Shown here in pieces: positions 12,573 through 26,732 of a stretch of 64,000 nucleotides of DNA. Origin of the DNA: Octopus vulgaris (lineage: Eukaryota); assembly GCA_951406725.2 (NCBI GenBank), contig OX597832.1:5704001-5768000 (forward strand), in the 5' to 3' direction. The notes under the pieces are model-generated. The model was given only the letters and a program-made list of their open reading frames with translations. It had not been told where the DNA came from and searched no databases. The first letter of the stretch is position 1. Every line of letters starts with the position of its first letter. The position numbers and the translations under genes were made by a program.

Positions 12573-13039
12573 AATTTACCCACAAGTCTTTGGTCGACCT
12601 GGAGCTATTAGGTGAAGATACTTGTTCAAAGTGCAATGCAATGGGACTGAACCTGAAACCATATGGTTGGGAAGCAAACTTCTTACCACACAGACCCATA
12701 TCAAAAAAATGAATCCCACAATTTAACATAATCACTTGGTTCATGGGTCAGGACTTCAGTCTGGGAATAATTTTCTCTGTTCTCACCAATTTCAGGGAAG
12801 GGGATAAGGTGATTACACTGATCCTAGTGCTCAAATGATATTTAATTTATTGCCCCCAAAAGGATGAAAGGCAAAGTTGATCCTTGCAGAATTTGAACCC
12901 AATGTAAGGATGGACAAAATGCTGCTAAGCATCCAGTCCAACGTACTAATGGTCCTGCTTGCTTGCTGTCTTAAGGTGATAGGTAATATTACACTAATTA
13001 AGCAATAATAGAGAAAAAAGGTTGTGTTTGTATATTTAC

Positions 13040-13161
13040 ATTATCTATAAGCAACTGTAAGTCCTCATCTTCTAGTTTATCACTTGATTCATCAGGCATT
13101 GTTATACGCTGAATAACTTCCTTTAAGTCTTGACTTGTTATCATGTTATTATTACTGAAAT
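13040..13161 (-). CDS. CIB: CIB exon 5 (DFSNNNMITSQDLKEVIQRITMPDESSDKLEDEDLQLLIDN), EF-hand 3
   Basis: CAG acceptor, 122 nt, GT donor. Restores the conserved IYDF and ends LIDN as in CIB1. Confidence 0.9.
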
Positions 13162-13357
13162 CTGCAAATATTTAAGCAAAATAAAATTAATTGAGATAAC
13201 AATTATCATATGGCAAATGCAGGGACTTAACTTGTACACAAAATTACAAATAGAAATTCCAATATGTCTGTATATGTACAGAAATTGCATATGCCAGCAT
13301 GAAAGGAAACATTAAATGATGATGACGATGTATGTGTGCATGTGTGCGTGTGTATGG

Positions 13358-13389
<32 letters not shown>

Positions 13390-14821
13390 TATGCATATAT
13401 ACATACATATATGTACGTACCTACCTCTATATGTATATATACATGCATATATGGGTATAGGACACCAAAAAAATCTCAAATTTTATTTAATTTGATTTCT
13501 GCGGGAAGGAAAATTTCACTGAAGTCATGTATCGCCTGACCTTCGAAACGTGGAGTAGATGAAATTAAGGCGACTGAAGAAGGGGAATTTTCCTTGTTTG
13601 TATGTCCTGTACTCTATTTTTTCGCTGTTTAAAAAAATGTCCATTTCCTTGGTTTTGTGTTTATGTTTTCGTTTCTCATTGTGTTCGACGTTTTTTTGGT
13701 GTCCTGTACCCATATAAGCATGTATATATACATGTAGAGGTAGGTACGTACATATATGTATGTATATATGCATATGTTTTATTTATTTATTTATATATGA
13801 CTGAGCGCACGCATCCATTTCTCTCTCTCTAGGAAGGGCATCCAGCTGTAGAAACACTGCCAGACCAGACTGGAGCCTGGGGCAGCCCCTGGCTCCCCAG
13901 ACCCCGGTCGAACCGTCCAACCCGTGCTAGCGCGGAAAACGGACGTTAAACGATGATGATGATGATGATGATATATTTGTGTGTGTGTGTGTGTGTGTAT
14001 GTGTGTGTGTGTGTGTATGTGTGCGTGTGTCTGTCTGTATATACACATGTATGTATGTCACAATATCACTGCATTCATGGTATTGAGACTATCAGATGTT
14101 GTTATAATTCATTGGTCACAATGTGCTTCCTCACTCTGCTGTAGCTTTTGAATGATGCCACTCCTTTGGCTGGGTAGGCAGGCAGGCAAGCAAACATTCC
14201 ATCTTGACAGAACTTTAGTCCACCACAGGTCTATACATTTACAGCTGAGTGGACTGGAGCAATGTGAAATAAAGTGCTTTATTCTAGAACACAATGCATC
14301 ACCAGTTTGGGAATTGAAGCTATGACCATGCAATTGTGAGTGCAACACCTTACCATAGGCCAAACACTTTCACATATGTACGTGTGCATGTATAAAATAA
14401 ATACATTACACACACATACACAAAAAGAAAAACTGGTTACAAATCTCAGCATTATATCTATGTATCTCTCTCTATATATATATGTATACACACACATACT
14501 CATATGTTTATTTTCCATCTGTTTTTCCATGCTAACATAGATTAGGTAAATACACATCATTACTGAGGCACTGCTATACAACCAAATGCTCTTCCTCTTG
14601 TCTTTACCAGTTTTTCAAGAAAGGAAGTTTTTATTCCACATGTATTTGAATGTGCAGAGCTAGAATGATTTACTGACAGGGAATTATCAATAAGCATCAA
14701 TAATTATCAATAAGCATCATCAATCTTTTTTTCACATGAAGTACAAAATGTTCACACAGACACAGCCATACACATACATGTACTCAAGTGCACAAAGACA
14801 CACATGCATACAAACACACAA

Positions 14822-14858
<37 letters not shown>

Positions 14859-15181
14859 ACAGGTTTTGTAGAGCTTCTATCAGCCAAATTCAATTTACAA
14901 GGTATTGCTTTTACTGGGGCTAGAGTAAAAGACACTTCACCAAGGTGTCATGCAGTGAGATTGAACCTGAAATCATGTGATTGCAATGGTGACCTCATAA
15001 CTACACAATCATGCATTTGCCTGAACATACATGTGTATGTGTGTGTATATTATGTATTCAAGGACATGAATACATATATTTATTCTCCTTGAATGCATTT
15101 TCACTATTTCAAATATTATTCATACAAAACATTAAAAAATGTAAAAAATGCAACTATTATTAATAATAAACCTTTACTTGC

Positions 15182-15329
15182 CATAAATTTTGAAAGCATA
15201 ATTAACTTTGACATTCTTTGGAGCATTGTCACTAAAGACTGACATCATATCTAAAAAGTCTTCAAATGTCATTGAGCCATCATCAGCAGAAGAGAAAACT
15301 TTACAAATTCTGTCTTTAAATGGATTCAC
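15182..15329 (-). CDS. CIB: CIB exon 4 (VNPFKDRICKVFSSADDGSMTFEDFLDMMSVFSDNAPKNVKVNYAFKIY)
   Basis: T-rich CAG acceptor, 148 nt. NPFKxRIC and FEDFLD motifs of CIB1-like proteins. Donor reads G|GCAAGT (GC). Confidence 0.92.
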
Positions 15330-16194
15330 CTGAAAAAAAATATATACATATATGCATATATATATTGCATTAAAAAATTATCCATGACATTCATTCTTCA
15401 CTAGTATAAGATAAGGTGACTGGAAGGTTAAACTTAACAAGTCTCAACTGGTATGATGTACTTCTGTACATTAACACTGGAATAATAAATGAGAATTTGT
15501 GTAACTTACACATACAGGAAAAATAAGAATCAGCCCCATTATTAGCATATTTTCTGGCATACAAATTAAAATTTTCAGATCAAAAAGGTGGTTCATCTTA
15601 TACATCAAGACAACTTTAGGGGACCAAAAATGCAGCATGATTTGGAAAGATAACAATGATGTTTGAATATTTACAGTATATACTATGTTAACTTGTATGC
15701 TGGAAAATACATTACACACTAAATCAACATATAATTTTTATTGCAGGGAGAGATTATCGTCAACTGAATTAACAAATACATACTCTATTGACCACAGAAT
15801 ACTGAAAGGCAAAGCTTAGAACCTAGAGTGACTTAAATGCTGCAAATCATTTAGTCCACCACTCTATTGTCTCAGTCATTTCGCCTGGTTATTGATATTC
15901 TACGAAGGCATGAAGTCTTAGATTTATACTGAAAGGAAAATAGTTTTCTTTTGTTCTCTCTCACTCTTTTTTTATTTCTTTTGAAACTACCCTGTAATGT
16001 AAATGAAATAAAATAGTTACAACTGGAATCGAGACCAAGTTGTGGATTCTGTTAACCAGGAACTTGACTTTAATTTGTGACAATGCTTTATCATCTCATC
16101 TGTGAGGCTGAACATTCATGACAATCACTTTTCATATTTTTTTCTTAACTTTCTTTTGTTAGAGCCCGGAGCACTTTTTTCATACAGTACATAC

Positions 16195-16291
16195 CTTTAA
16201 CTCTGGCAGCCGACATATTACTTCTTGATCAAGTCTGGTATTTCTGTCTACATCTCTACCTTCAGCAAGCATCTTATAACAGTCATACACA
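16195..16291 (-). CDS. CIB: CIB exon 3 (VYDCYKMLAEGRDVDRNTRLDQEVICRLPELK)
   Basis: CAG acceptor, 97 nt, GTATGT donor. Ends in conserved LPELK; phase is consistent with both neighbours. Confidence 0.9.
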
Positions 16292-18954
16292 CTGCAATGG
16301 AAAGCGTTATTCAATCGTAAACATCTTTAAAGCAAGGTTTTTCAAAATCTGGGATACGCTTGACAATAAGGGGTATGGAATTATTTGAGTGTATGGGGTA
16401 TTCATTGTTGAATAGAGGAAGAAAAGGTAGAGTAAAGTTGAAGTAGCTGAGTAAATAAATTAGTTTCAGTGGAAACAATAAGAAAAAAACAGAGGAAGTT
16501 CAATATAGCAAGTTTATATATTTGTCATTACGCACTTTATTTCCTGCTATGACCTCTATCAGAGGTTAAAGGATTGAAAATTGTTTTTACATCCAAAACA
16601 ATAGGGTACATGACAAGGTTTGAAATTGATTGATATGAACATGTGTTCTAACTCATATATGCCATAGTTTTAGAGTTTTTATGCTATCATTCATTGTTGG
16701 CATACATGCAGATTCCATATAACAGGAGAGAAGTAACTGCTTTTAGCTAAGTTGATTGACACTGAAATAATTTGATTAGTCGGTTCAAGAAAACAATGTC
16801 AATTTCATGACTGCCAGATGAGTAGTCCAGTGTCTTGAACCAAGTTCAACTCCACTGTGCAACACCTTATACAAATGTCTACTACATTGGGCTGACTAAT
16901 GCCTTATAAGTGAATTTGGTACATGGCAACTAGGTGGAGGCCTGTGTGTGTGTGTGTGTGTGTATAAATGCAGGTATGGCTGTGTGGTAAGAAGCTTGCT
17001 TCCAAACCACAAGTTTCTGGGTTTAGTTCCACTGCATGGCACCTTGAGCAAGCATCTTCTACTATAGCCAGGTCAAAACCTTGTGAGTGGATTTGGAAGG
17101 CAGAAACTGAAAGAACCCATTGTGTGTGTGTGTGTTTATGTGCGTGTGTGTGCATCATTGTGTCTGTGTTTGTCCCCATCACTTTTTGATAACTAACATT
17201 GGTTTGTTTATGTCCCTGTAACTTGGTGGTTTGGCAAAAAGAGACAGATAGAATAAGTACCAGTCTTAAAAAGACAAATAAGTACTGGGGTTGATTCATT
17301 TGACTAAAAGTTCTTCAAAGTGGTGCCCCAACATGGCCAGAGTCTAATGACTGAAACAGACAAAAAAAATATATGTCAGTGTATGTGTCTGTTTCCCCAC
17401 CACCACTTGACAAATGGGGTTGATTTATTTGACTAAAACCCTTCAAGGTAGTGTCCCAGCATGGCCACAGTCCAATGACTGACAATGACAAATAATGAGC
17501 TAAAGGAAATAACTGAAATCGGTTAACAACAAGAATTTGGATAATTAACTTCAAGGTGACAAACTGAAACCTGCATGTAAAAAATTCCTAATTAATTGAC
17601 ATATTCTTCTAGTTGGAGAAAGAAACAATCACCTAACAGCAATTAGAGTGGAGGAGATAATATCAAGAAATTAAATATTCAGCTCTCAAAGTTAATTTGC
17701 ATATTTAGGGGAAAGAATAAGAACATGTGGTCGTGTTTTTTCTCAAAGCATGTAAAGAGTGCTTCTGGTAAGGAAAAATAGGAAAGCATAAATACGGTTA
17801 ATACATGCAGTAAAAGTCAGCATATTTTTATACCAAGTGACCTCAGTAGAATATTAGATAATGGTGGTAGGCAAAATTATCATCTCAACCTGTCAAGAAT
17901 CTTAACAGAAGGCTTTAGAAGAGTTGCAGCTTGGTTCATTAGAACAAAGAAAATTAGAACAGAAGGCTTCAGAAGTGTTGTAGCTTAGTTCATCAAGACA
18001 GTCTGTATTTCTACATTAGGACAAAGAAAATTAGATCAAGGTTTCTTTGTTTTATTATTAGCTGATAATTAGATATCAAAGTTAATTGAAAATACCATGA
18101 AAAATATCTTAAAGGAAATACATCTGCAATGTACTTGGAGCTGCCTACTACATATAAAATATTAGGGAAATTTAGTACAGAACAATATATAGTTAATGTG
18201 ATTGAGCTAATATTTATTAGCATAGAACATATGCTGTTACAGCTTATGAATATTTACAACAAGGATTGAAAATAGAATTTTTACTAATTTTAGCACAAGG
18301 CCGCCAATTTGAGGGAGGGGAAGTCAATTACATTGACCTCAGTGCTCAGCTAGAACTTATTTTATCAACCCTGAATGGATGAAAGGCAAAGTTAACCTCT
18401 GTTGCATTTGAACTGAGAAAGTAAAGAGCCAGATAAAATGCAGATAAGCATTTCGTCCAGCGTGGTAACAATCCTATATGCTTGCTGCCACGAAAACTGA
18501 TTGTAATATAATAAACTAAGTTATCTTACTAACTAAAGTTGATAATTAAGATTAGTTTGCTGCAATCAATTAAGAGACAATGATGAATGAAGTCAACAAA
18601 TATAGTACCAACTAAAATAGGTTAAGAAATTGACAAACTGTTCTTATCTAAATTATGAGAAAATAGCAGTGAAGAAAATAACCAGAGAAAATAGCAGAAC
18701 AGGTATTCTCACTTTCTGTAAATATCCATACACACACATGCAGAAAGACAGAAAGACACACACACACATGCACACACAAAGGATGAAACACACAAGATTT
18801 TGAGATTCATGCTGAAGATACAGAAGGTTCCCAATATTGCAGTAGCTTTAATCACCAATAGAAGAGGTTGCAATTATCTTTAAGCAGCACCTTCAGTTTT
18901 TGCATGGGCCAAAGTATCATTGCATACACACACACACACACACTCCTTGCATGT

Positions 18955-19770
18955 ACACAGAAGCATCAAATTGCTGGACCAGGTCATGAATACTAAAGAG
19001 AGGATTATAGCTCAACTAATTAGGAAGAGAGTTAGCCTAGAAGAGATGCAGTTCATGTTTGTACCAAGAAGAAGCACTACTAAAGCTATCTTCATGGTAA
19101 GGTGACTGCAGAAGAAGCATTAAGCCAAGCTTCTGTACTTGGCTTTTGTAGACCTGGGGAAAACCTTTGACAGAGTCACCCATTTTCTCATCTGGTGGTC
19201 AATGTGGAAACTAGAGATAGATAAATGTTTGGTGAAAGCAGCACAAGCCATGCACAAGGATGCTTATCAGTAAGGTGAAGGTCAGCACTGAGTATAGCAA
19301 AGAATTCAGGGTACAAGTAGGAGTTCACCAAGGATTAATTTTCAGCCCCTTCTTGCTCATCATAGTCCTCCAGGCCATAACAGGGGAATTTAAGACTGGC
19401 TGCCCTTGGGATCTCCTCTACACTGTTGACCTTGTTCTTATAGCTGAATGAATACCTGAACTAGGGAGGAAATGTCAGGTGTGGAAGCAAGGTCTCGAAT
19501 TTAAGGGTTTTAGAGTTAATTTAGCAAAGACCAAAGTCCTAATAAACAGGAAAACAGACAAATCTCAAATTCCTTCAGGGAGATAGCTCTGTTTGATATG
19601 TAGGAATGAAAGGTGTTGCAGAAACTCCACTTGGTGTATCCCGTGCAAGCTGTGGACATATAAGAGGAAAGTTAACAGAGAAAGTAGTCTTTGTGTGTGG
19701 TAGATGTGCTGGTACAATAAACACTAAGAATGTACAGGGAATAAACTTCCTCAAATGCAAGTTTAAATGC
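18955..19770 (+). pseudogene. RTE-clade LINE reverse transcriptase fragment
   Basis: SIKLLDQVM, MQFMFVPRRSTTKAIF, AFVDLGKTFDRV, GVHQGLIFSP, LLYTVDLVLIAE, with stops and frameshifts. Confidence 0.85.
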
Positions 19771-20212
19771 TTAAAAGTTAAACTCAGTTCTGTGTTCTTA
19801 GGTAGAATCCTGCTTGTGGTCACTTAACTCTATAAAGGTTGTCTCAGTATCTAATTAAAAAAAAATTAATACTATTTAAATATATAATTTCAACTGTCAA
19901 GGTGCATGATATATAATTCGTTTTGGTTTCTTAAGTATTATTACACTGGAATCTGGTGCAGCTCTCTGGCTTGCAAGCTCTGATCAAACTGTCCAGCCCA
20001 TGCTAGCATGAAAAACAAACATTAAAGGATGATGATCATGATTCCAAAGAGTATTTGAAGTATATAGACCAACAAATATTTTAAATATAGTTCAACTAAT
20101 ATAATCTAAACTACTATAAATTATACAAACCTAATTAGTTATTTTGTTCTAAAACCAAAATGAAAAGTAATAATGCAATTTGATGCTTTTGAAACAAATA
20201 ATGGTTACTTAC

Positions 20213-20247
20213 TTTAAAATATCTTGTCGTGTGAAAAATGTCAGTTC
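20213..20247 (-). CDS. CIB: CIB exon 2 (ELTFFTRQDIL-N)
   Basis: TAG acceptor, 35 nt, GTAAG donor, phase 2. Matches the CIB motif xLTFxTxQxIL. Confidence 0.9.
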
Positions 20248-22619
20248 CTAGAAGATGAGGTAAACAAGCATTAATTCAACAATTCATATTAAACATTGTT
20301 TTTGAAAGCAAATTTATCAGTTACACATATGCGGAATTCAAAATTGAAGTCACTAGAATAATTACAATAAAAAGCATTTTCAAGAATTAATAAATATAAA
20401 TCTTTGTTTTAAGAATATAATTTTGTTTCTTTGTTGTTCTTTTTTGTTGTAATGAACACATTTTTCTTTTAATAGACACATGCACACACACATTAATGTT
20501 TATACTTTGTGTATAAATATACAGTAAAAAAGCAAAAAAAAAAAAAAAACCACTTGTGGTGCTTATTAACTTGAGGATAAATGGTGACAGTGACCTAATA
20601 GTTTTGCAGGTCATCAGCCTCTTTTCAGCAAAGGAAACATAATTCAATTTATCATGCTGTTGAAAAATGATGTCAAATGTTACTAAGATTTTCTTTACTT
20701 GGAGAATTTTGTAGAACTATTTGTTTTCCAGACATTAGTTGATACTCTCTTCATCATTTCAATAAAATAACTATGATGATAATTCTTTTATGGAATGGTG
20801 AAACTCAAAGCAGGTAAAGCTGCAAACAAAAGTGTGTAATTATTGAGTCAAAAAACCTTTTGGATAGTAAAAGTTGAAGGTGGCTTTGAGTTTCACTGTT
20901 CCATCATCATCATTATCATCATCGTTTAACGTCCGTTTTCCATGCTAGCATGGGTTGGACGGTTCAACTGGGGTCTGGGAAGCCAGAAGGTTGCACCAGG
21001 CCCAGTCTGATCTGGCAGTGTTTATACGGCTGGATGCCCTTCCTAATGCCAACCACTCCGTGAGTGTAGTGGGTGCTTTTTACGTGCTACCTGCACAGGT
21101 GCCAAACGAGGCTGGCAACGGCCACAATTGGATAGTGCATTTTACGTGCCACCGGCACGGAGGCCAGTCAGGGCGGCGCTGGCAACGGCTATGTTCGGAT
21201 GGTTCTCTTATGTGCCATTGGCACTGGTATTACAGCTACAATTTCCATTGATGTTGATCGATTTCGATTAGAATTATTTCATATTCTCGACATTTCTAAA
21301 TTTTTATGACATCAACTGTAAAGATATGTAGAATTGACTTAAAAGCGTAAATAACTAACAATTAGGTTACTCCGCTACATACATCCATCAAATTTATTAA
21401 GCGAGCAATAGAGTAAAGATCCCCTTTGGTCATGAATGAACATGGGATGCACCTAGAAAGTTCCCCTCTGAGACACAAGTCTGGGCAAGGTTGTTTATAC
21501 ATACCAAGGGAAAGGTGAAAGCTGATACAGCTTGGCACCAGTGATGTTGCAACTCATTTCTACAGCTGAGTGAACTGGAGCAAGATGAAATAAAGTGTCT
21601 TGCTGAAGAACACAACACACAGCCCAGTCTGGGAATCAAACTCACAATCTCATGATTGTGAGTAAGCCTGATGCTCTAAGCACTAAGCCATGCATCTTCA
21701 CAAGAGAGTATATATTTGGCATTTAATATCCTCTAGTATCTTCTCTAATGTTTGTGTCTAGATTATTTCAATATTCTGTCAACTACAATGCAAATGATGA
21801 CTTACAAATTTTACATATTTTGTAATGTTCCAGAGCTAATTCAACCCTGTCAAATTCTCAGCAATGAAAAATGTACTTCTCAATTCTAAAACATTGGAAT
21901 ATAATCAATTTCCATTAACAATTGTTTTGGAACAAGCCATATTGGATCATAAGCTTTAAACTAAAGATAAAACAAAAACAATTACAAAAATGGTAGACTG
22001 AAATTAAATGAGATTAATGAACATGCAAAGAAGTGCTTTATCATTCCTGCCTACTATAATCATTTTCCCTCATTTTGGCACTAGGTCAGTCATTTTGAAT
22101 GGAAAGGAAAAGTGGATTACATCTTCAGTGCTCAACTGGTACTTATTTTATTGCCTTCCAAAAGGATGAAAGGCAAAGTTGACCTCAGTGGAATTTTGAA
22201 CTCAGAACATCAAGAGCTGAAAGAAATATTGCAAAGAAATTTTCTAACACTCTAATGATTCTACCAGCTCAAACACCTAATGATATATTTCATTTCAAGT
22301 AATTCCTCAACAATTTTTGGGGATATTTCAAAAGACTGCCTTATTGGCATTGATGATTTTCTTCAATTCTAATCTGAAATGGACTAAATATCTTACGTAA
22401 TCTCACAAAGAGGAAATTACTGTAAATGCTGGATTAGTCATGGGTTTTTTCATGGTTTTCTTTGCAGAAGACATTTCTTCACTGTAACAATATCTCATCT
22501 TTGTTTAATTATATAATTCATTTTAATATTTTGCTTAGGCATTGCAAGACTGATAACCAGGTACAGAACTCAATATACTTATGCTTCAGAATGAAGAATT
22601 AGTCGAGTACAGAGTGATA

Positions 22620-22848
22620 AGAAAATGAGATGACAAAGGAATAAATGATTATCTTATGAGCTTCATTAACTTACAACTGTTTTGGAAACAAGATGCAATG
22701 GGCTCATAGTTGATTGCATGAGACACCGATGAAGCTATAAGGTATTACACAGGCACTAAGCTATGAGTGCACTGCATCTCATAGCAGAAACAGCTGTAAG
22801 CTAATGAAGTTCATAAGATAATCATTTATTCCTTTGTCATCTCATTTT
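22620..22848. repeat. Intronic inverted repeat (~60-bp outer arms plus an inner stem)
   Basis: AAAATGAGATGACAAAGGAATAAATGATTATCTTATGA versus TCATAAGATAATCATTTATTCCTTTGTCATCTCATTTT. Confidence 0.85.
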
Positions 22849-23599
22849 TTTTAGTAATATAATACTTTATTGAAAATATTTACTCACATAGTTTAGTAAA
22901 TGTTATTTGTCAGAAACACTAATAATATCTTTTTTTTTTGCTGTACCTATATCTTGTAAAAGTTATAATCAATGTTTCTACAGATTTCTGGGAATCTTAT
23001 TGGTGGTATTTCTGTGTGTGCAATATGCACAGTGAGAATTAAAGATAAATTTTCAGTTTTTCAAGATACTTAAGAAGCTTTTAGTAGTTTGTGTTACCAA
23101 AATCATAATCTGTCCATTTGTTTACAAAGGAAATACAGAGCAACTTCGTCAACACACAGTATTCTGAAATTACCTGAATACGTTTTTAATACGGTTAAAA
23201 CATGTTGCATCATGTAATCAGATAGGAAAAAAAAAAAGCATTGGGTGGTTATTGCTTTAAATGGATTTAATCATGTGTAAATAGATATATGCACCCATAT
23301 CTGCATGTATTGGTTTCACTATGATGTTAAGTCTGTGATAGTCTTTTGACAGCTTGGGAAGAGGATTGGCCAAAGTTCTGTAACAGTTGTCCTTCGAAGT
23401 TTCTTGTCTCATAAGGATATATTTTAATATTCCTGTGATTCATACAATGGAGACGTGTATTTTCTTTGAACATCAAAAAAGCCTTGAAGTAATTGTTTTT
23501 CTTTTTCTTTTTTTTAGATTGCATAAGTTTATTGTTCATGTAGTAAGCTATGAAATTCCTATATTCTCTTGATTTCCTGTAATTCAGCCTGATGAGTAG

Positions 23600-26250
23600 C
23601 AAAGCCTGGGTTAGTAGCTGAACACACCAAGTTGCTGCTGGAGAAGGTGTCACTGAATGTGGCATTCTAGATGAGGGACCAACTGTCACAAAATAGGAAA
23701 ATTCTCATACTGTCAGGCCATTTACCATCCCCTTGGTCTAGTCCTGCTGACTTGAGCTTGGCAGGGACACCTGTAGTATCTAGGTCATGCTTTATGATTT
23801 GTTAAGGATAGCATGGTGTGGAAGGTGGCATGACAATGGGTGAAGGCTGGAAGAATTCACAGTGGATCCACAGTGGCATCTGTGAGGCTCACAGATCTGG
23901 AGGTCAAGCACTAAGTCATACTTCACTGTGAGGCTTGGAGTCTGAGTGGAAACATGCCAGATGGTGTTGGTCAAGTCAGTGCTCTAACTTCTTGGAGGTC
24001 ATGCTACATTAGTTGATGTCCTATTTCTTTTGAGAGGACCGAACGTCCACAGAGGGGAAGGGGATATGGACGCCAGCAAGGCGCAGGCTGAACTGGCTCT
24101 ATGGTGCATAGGCCAGCTCCATGGTCAGAGTAGGTTCAGTTGTGTTGTGGAGAACCCTGTTGATAAGGATATGGCAAGAAGCCTCCAATGAGAGAAAGCC
24201 TGATAGAGCTAGTGAGACTAGAGATCGAAGGCTGAAGCCACTATATATAGTGGGTATGGTAGCCTGTTGCCATTCAGTGTTGTCATACTGAATGTTGCAT
24301 ATCTCTTCAGTGAACTGTTAGATACAGATGTTGAGATCTGAGAGGATATGTGGCTGTAGCAAGGGGCACTGTGGAAGGTTTACAATAACTCTGGCATGGC
24401 AAAGCAGTTCCTTAACATTCAGTCTGTTAATCAATCTTTCAAGCTGGTAAAGCTCGGAATTGCTGAACTGAGTATAAGGATGTTCTCTTTCAAGGTCACT
24501 TGTACCTGGTAAAGTAGTGAATATATATCTGAGACAGAGGCTGCAAAGCCCTCTACATCATAGTTGAAGTTCATGACCTCCAACTTGGAAGAGTTTATTT
24601 CAAGGCCAATCCTTGTTAGAGTGAGAACCACTGATACGAGATTGTGGCAGACACTTCTGTGCTGGCCCACCTATCATCACATCATCCAGGTATCAGATGT
24701 TGAAAGGAGCTGCGATGCTCCAAGCAGTGCTGTCCACCCTCAAAATTAAAGGAAGACCATGTTGAACACGATTCAAAGATGGTATGAATGTATTTGAGGT
24801 GAGGAGCATGCTCTGGGCCCTCTACGACAGGTAAGCTCATAGGTAGGCAGATGGAGCATGGCTGAGGCAGGCCTTAAACAAGTGGTCACGATGCAGACAG
24901 TTGAAAGCATTTTTCATGTCAAGCTTGACAATGAAGTGCTTGAAAGCTTTTGATGTTGGGTCAGGACAGTTATTGAAGTGGCATGAGTGACTCCCTCGTA
25001 CCTTCCCTCGTCCTCCTTCCTGAGAGCGATTAGGAGGGCTGAAAAGAAGAGGCATCAAGGATAAGAGTCACTATGAATGAATCTGTTAATTAGAGTTGTA
25101 ATTGTGCTCAGCAGGTGGTGCTTGGCTTTAGCAGTAAGTGGGGACAGCAAATCTTTGAGGTGGCTGGGTCAGAGACTGTCAAAACCTCTGCTGTTACTGG
25201 CAGGGAGAGACCTCAGAGTAGAGAGGATATCTTTCTTGGAGGTCACATAAGGTGCCTGAAAGTCAGGTGAGGGTATGGGTTTGAGGTCTGCAGGTGACTA
25301 GGACGTTTCAGTTGGAGGGTAGCCAGGACCTCTTCAGTAGGCTAGAGGATGGTGTCATCAGAGGTGACTACTCTGACAACAGCTGAGACATTACCCTCGA
25401 TAAGTTTGGAGTTTACACAATCGTGTAAACACTTTGAGCCAGTGTTGGGGGGTGGAGGCCTGCAGGTGCATGAATGAACAGAGTGCAGCATATGGGCACC
25501 CTCCAAAAGGACAAGATGTTGGCCCTGAATAAGGCCATTGTCGACAGGCTGCCTCAATTGGTGACAGTATTGGGGAGACCAAGAGCAAGCAGAGCAAAAT
25601 AAAACGGCCAATCCCAATCACTAGGTCAACCAGATTCTAGGGCTTTGTCAATTAAGGATGCAAGGGTATCAGCCAGTAGCATCTAGGCTGTTTTCAGGAC
25701 CTTAAGAGGGATCTAATGAAGCCTCCCAAGCCGGGTGATGTTGACCAGTGAGGGTTAGACATCAGGTGGGCATGCAGTCTGATCTGAGGATGTGGTGGAT
25801 AGTCGCTGCCGCATGGCTGAGGCAGCTGCTGCATCTCCACACTGAGTGCACATTTAAGGCCTGTCATGTCAGGCTGATACAAGAGAGATGATTTAAACAG
25901 CCATATCCTGAACAGTTCATGCCTCTCTTCCGCCTATTAGTGGTGGTGGCACATGTGCTGCAGGTAGCTTCCTGTATGAATGAAGTGTGGAAAGCACCGT
26001 TCGACCAGGAGGATGTCGGCGCCCCCTGGGGTGGGGGCGAAAAATTGATTGACATCTCGAAAATGGGTGGGGGTGGGGTTGCAATACTGATGAGGCGATG
26101 ACCACTGGATTGGGGGAAGCCGAGGACCCGAGCAGTGCAGAAATCTGAGCAAAGGGCGGGGTGGAATGGTAAAAAGAGGAAGATGTGCGAAAATAAACAA
26201 ACATGCGATCGTTCCAACTCGAAATCCTCCTCACCTTAACTCTTTCTTTC
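23600..26250 (-). mobile_element. Decayed CRE-like non-LTR retrotransposon (RT + restriction-like endonuclease) in CIB intron 1
   Basis: GC-richer block with KLIEGNVSAVVRVV, KLDMKNAFN, YLDD, GLEINSSK, CHCG..HPLSC..HH zinc knuckle and DGKWPD RLE motif in the expected order; many disruptions. Confidence 0.8.
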
Positions 26251-26612
26251 TACCTTAGTCAATCGCAGCATATACAAGTTTGAGTAGGTGTATCTGTATA
26301 TATGTATGCCCAGAAGATAAATATAAATATAAATGGCACTGTCATGCCTTTAGTTGTCAGAAGTGAAAGTAGTCAACTTCGTGTATTTACGTCAGGTTTA
26401 TACCTTCGTTAATTAACGCCGTTTATTTACCACGCTGTTAGGTTTATAAAACAATTGAAGTTCAGTTTAAAATTTATAAATAAATACATTTCATTCCATG
26501 TTCTGTTTAAACTTTATAAATAAATATATTCTTGCATTATTCATTATTGTTTTTAAAAAAGAAATCACACCAAATCTGCACAAATGACCACCACCACCAC
26601 CGCGATCACATA

Positions 26613-26732
26613 CACCAAATTGAGGGAAACGATTTCTTTTTTTATAAACATACGTATGGACGTGTATTTGTGAACATTCAAATACACGTCCATACGTATG
26701 TTTATAAAAAAAATCGTTCCGTCAATTTGGCG
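26613..26732. repeat. Intronic near-perfect hairpin
   Basis: TTTATAAACATACGTATGGACGTGTATTTG-TGAACATT-CAAATACACGTCCATACGTATGTTTATAAA, with imperfect outer extension. Confidence 0.9.
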
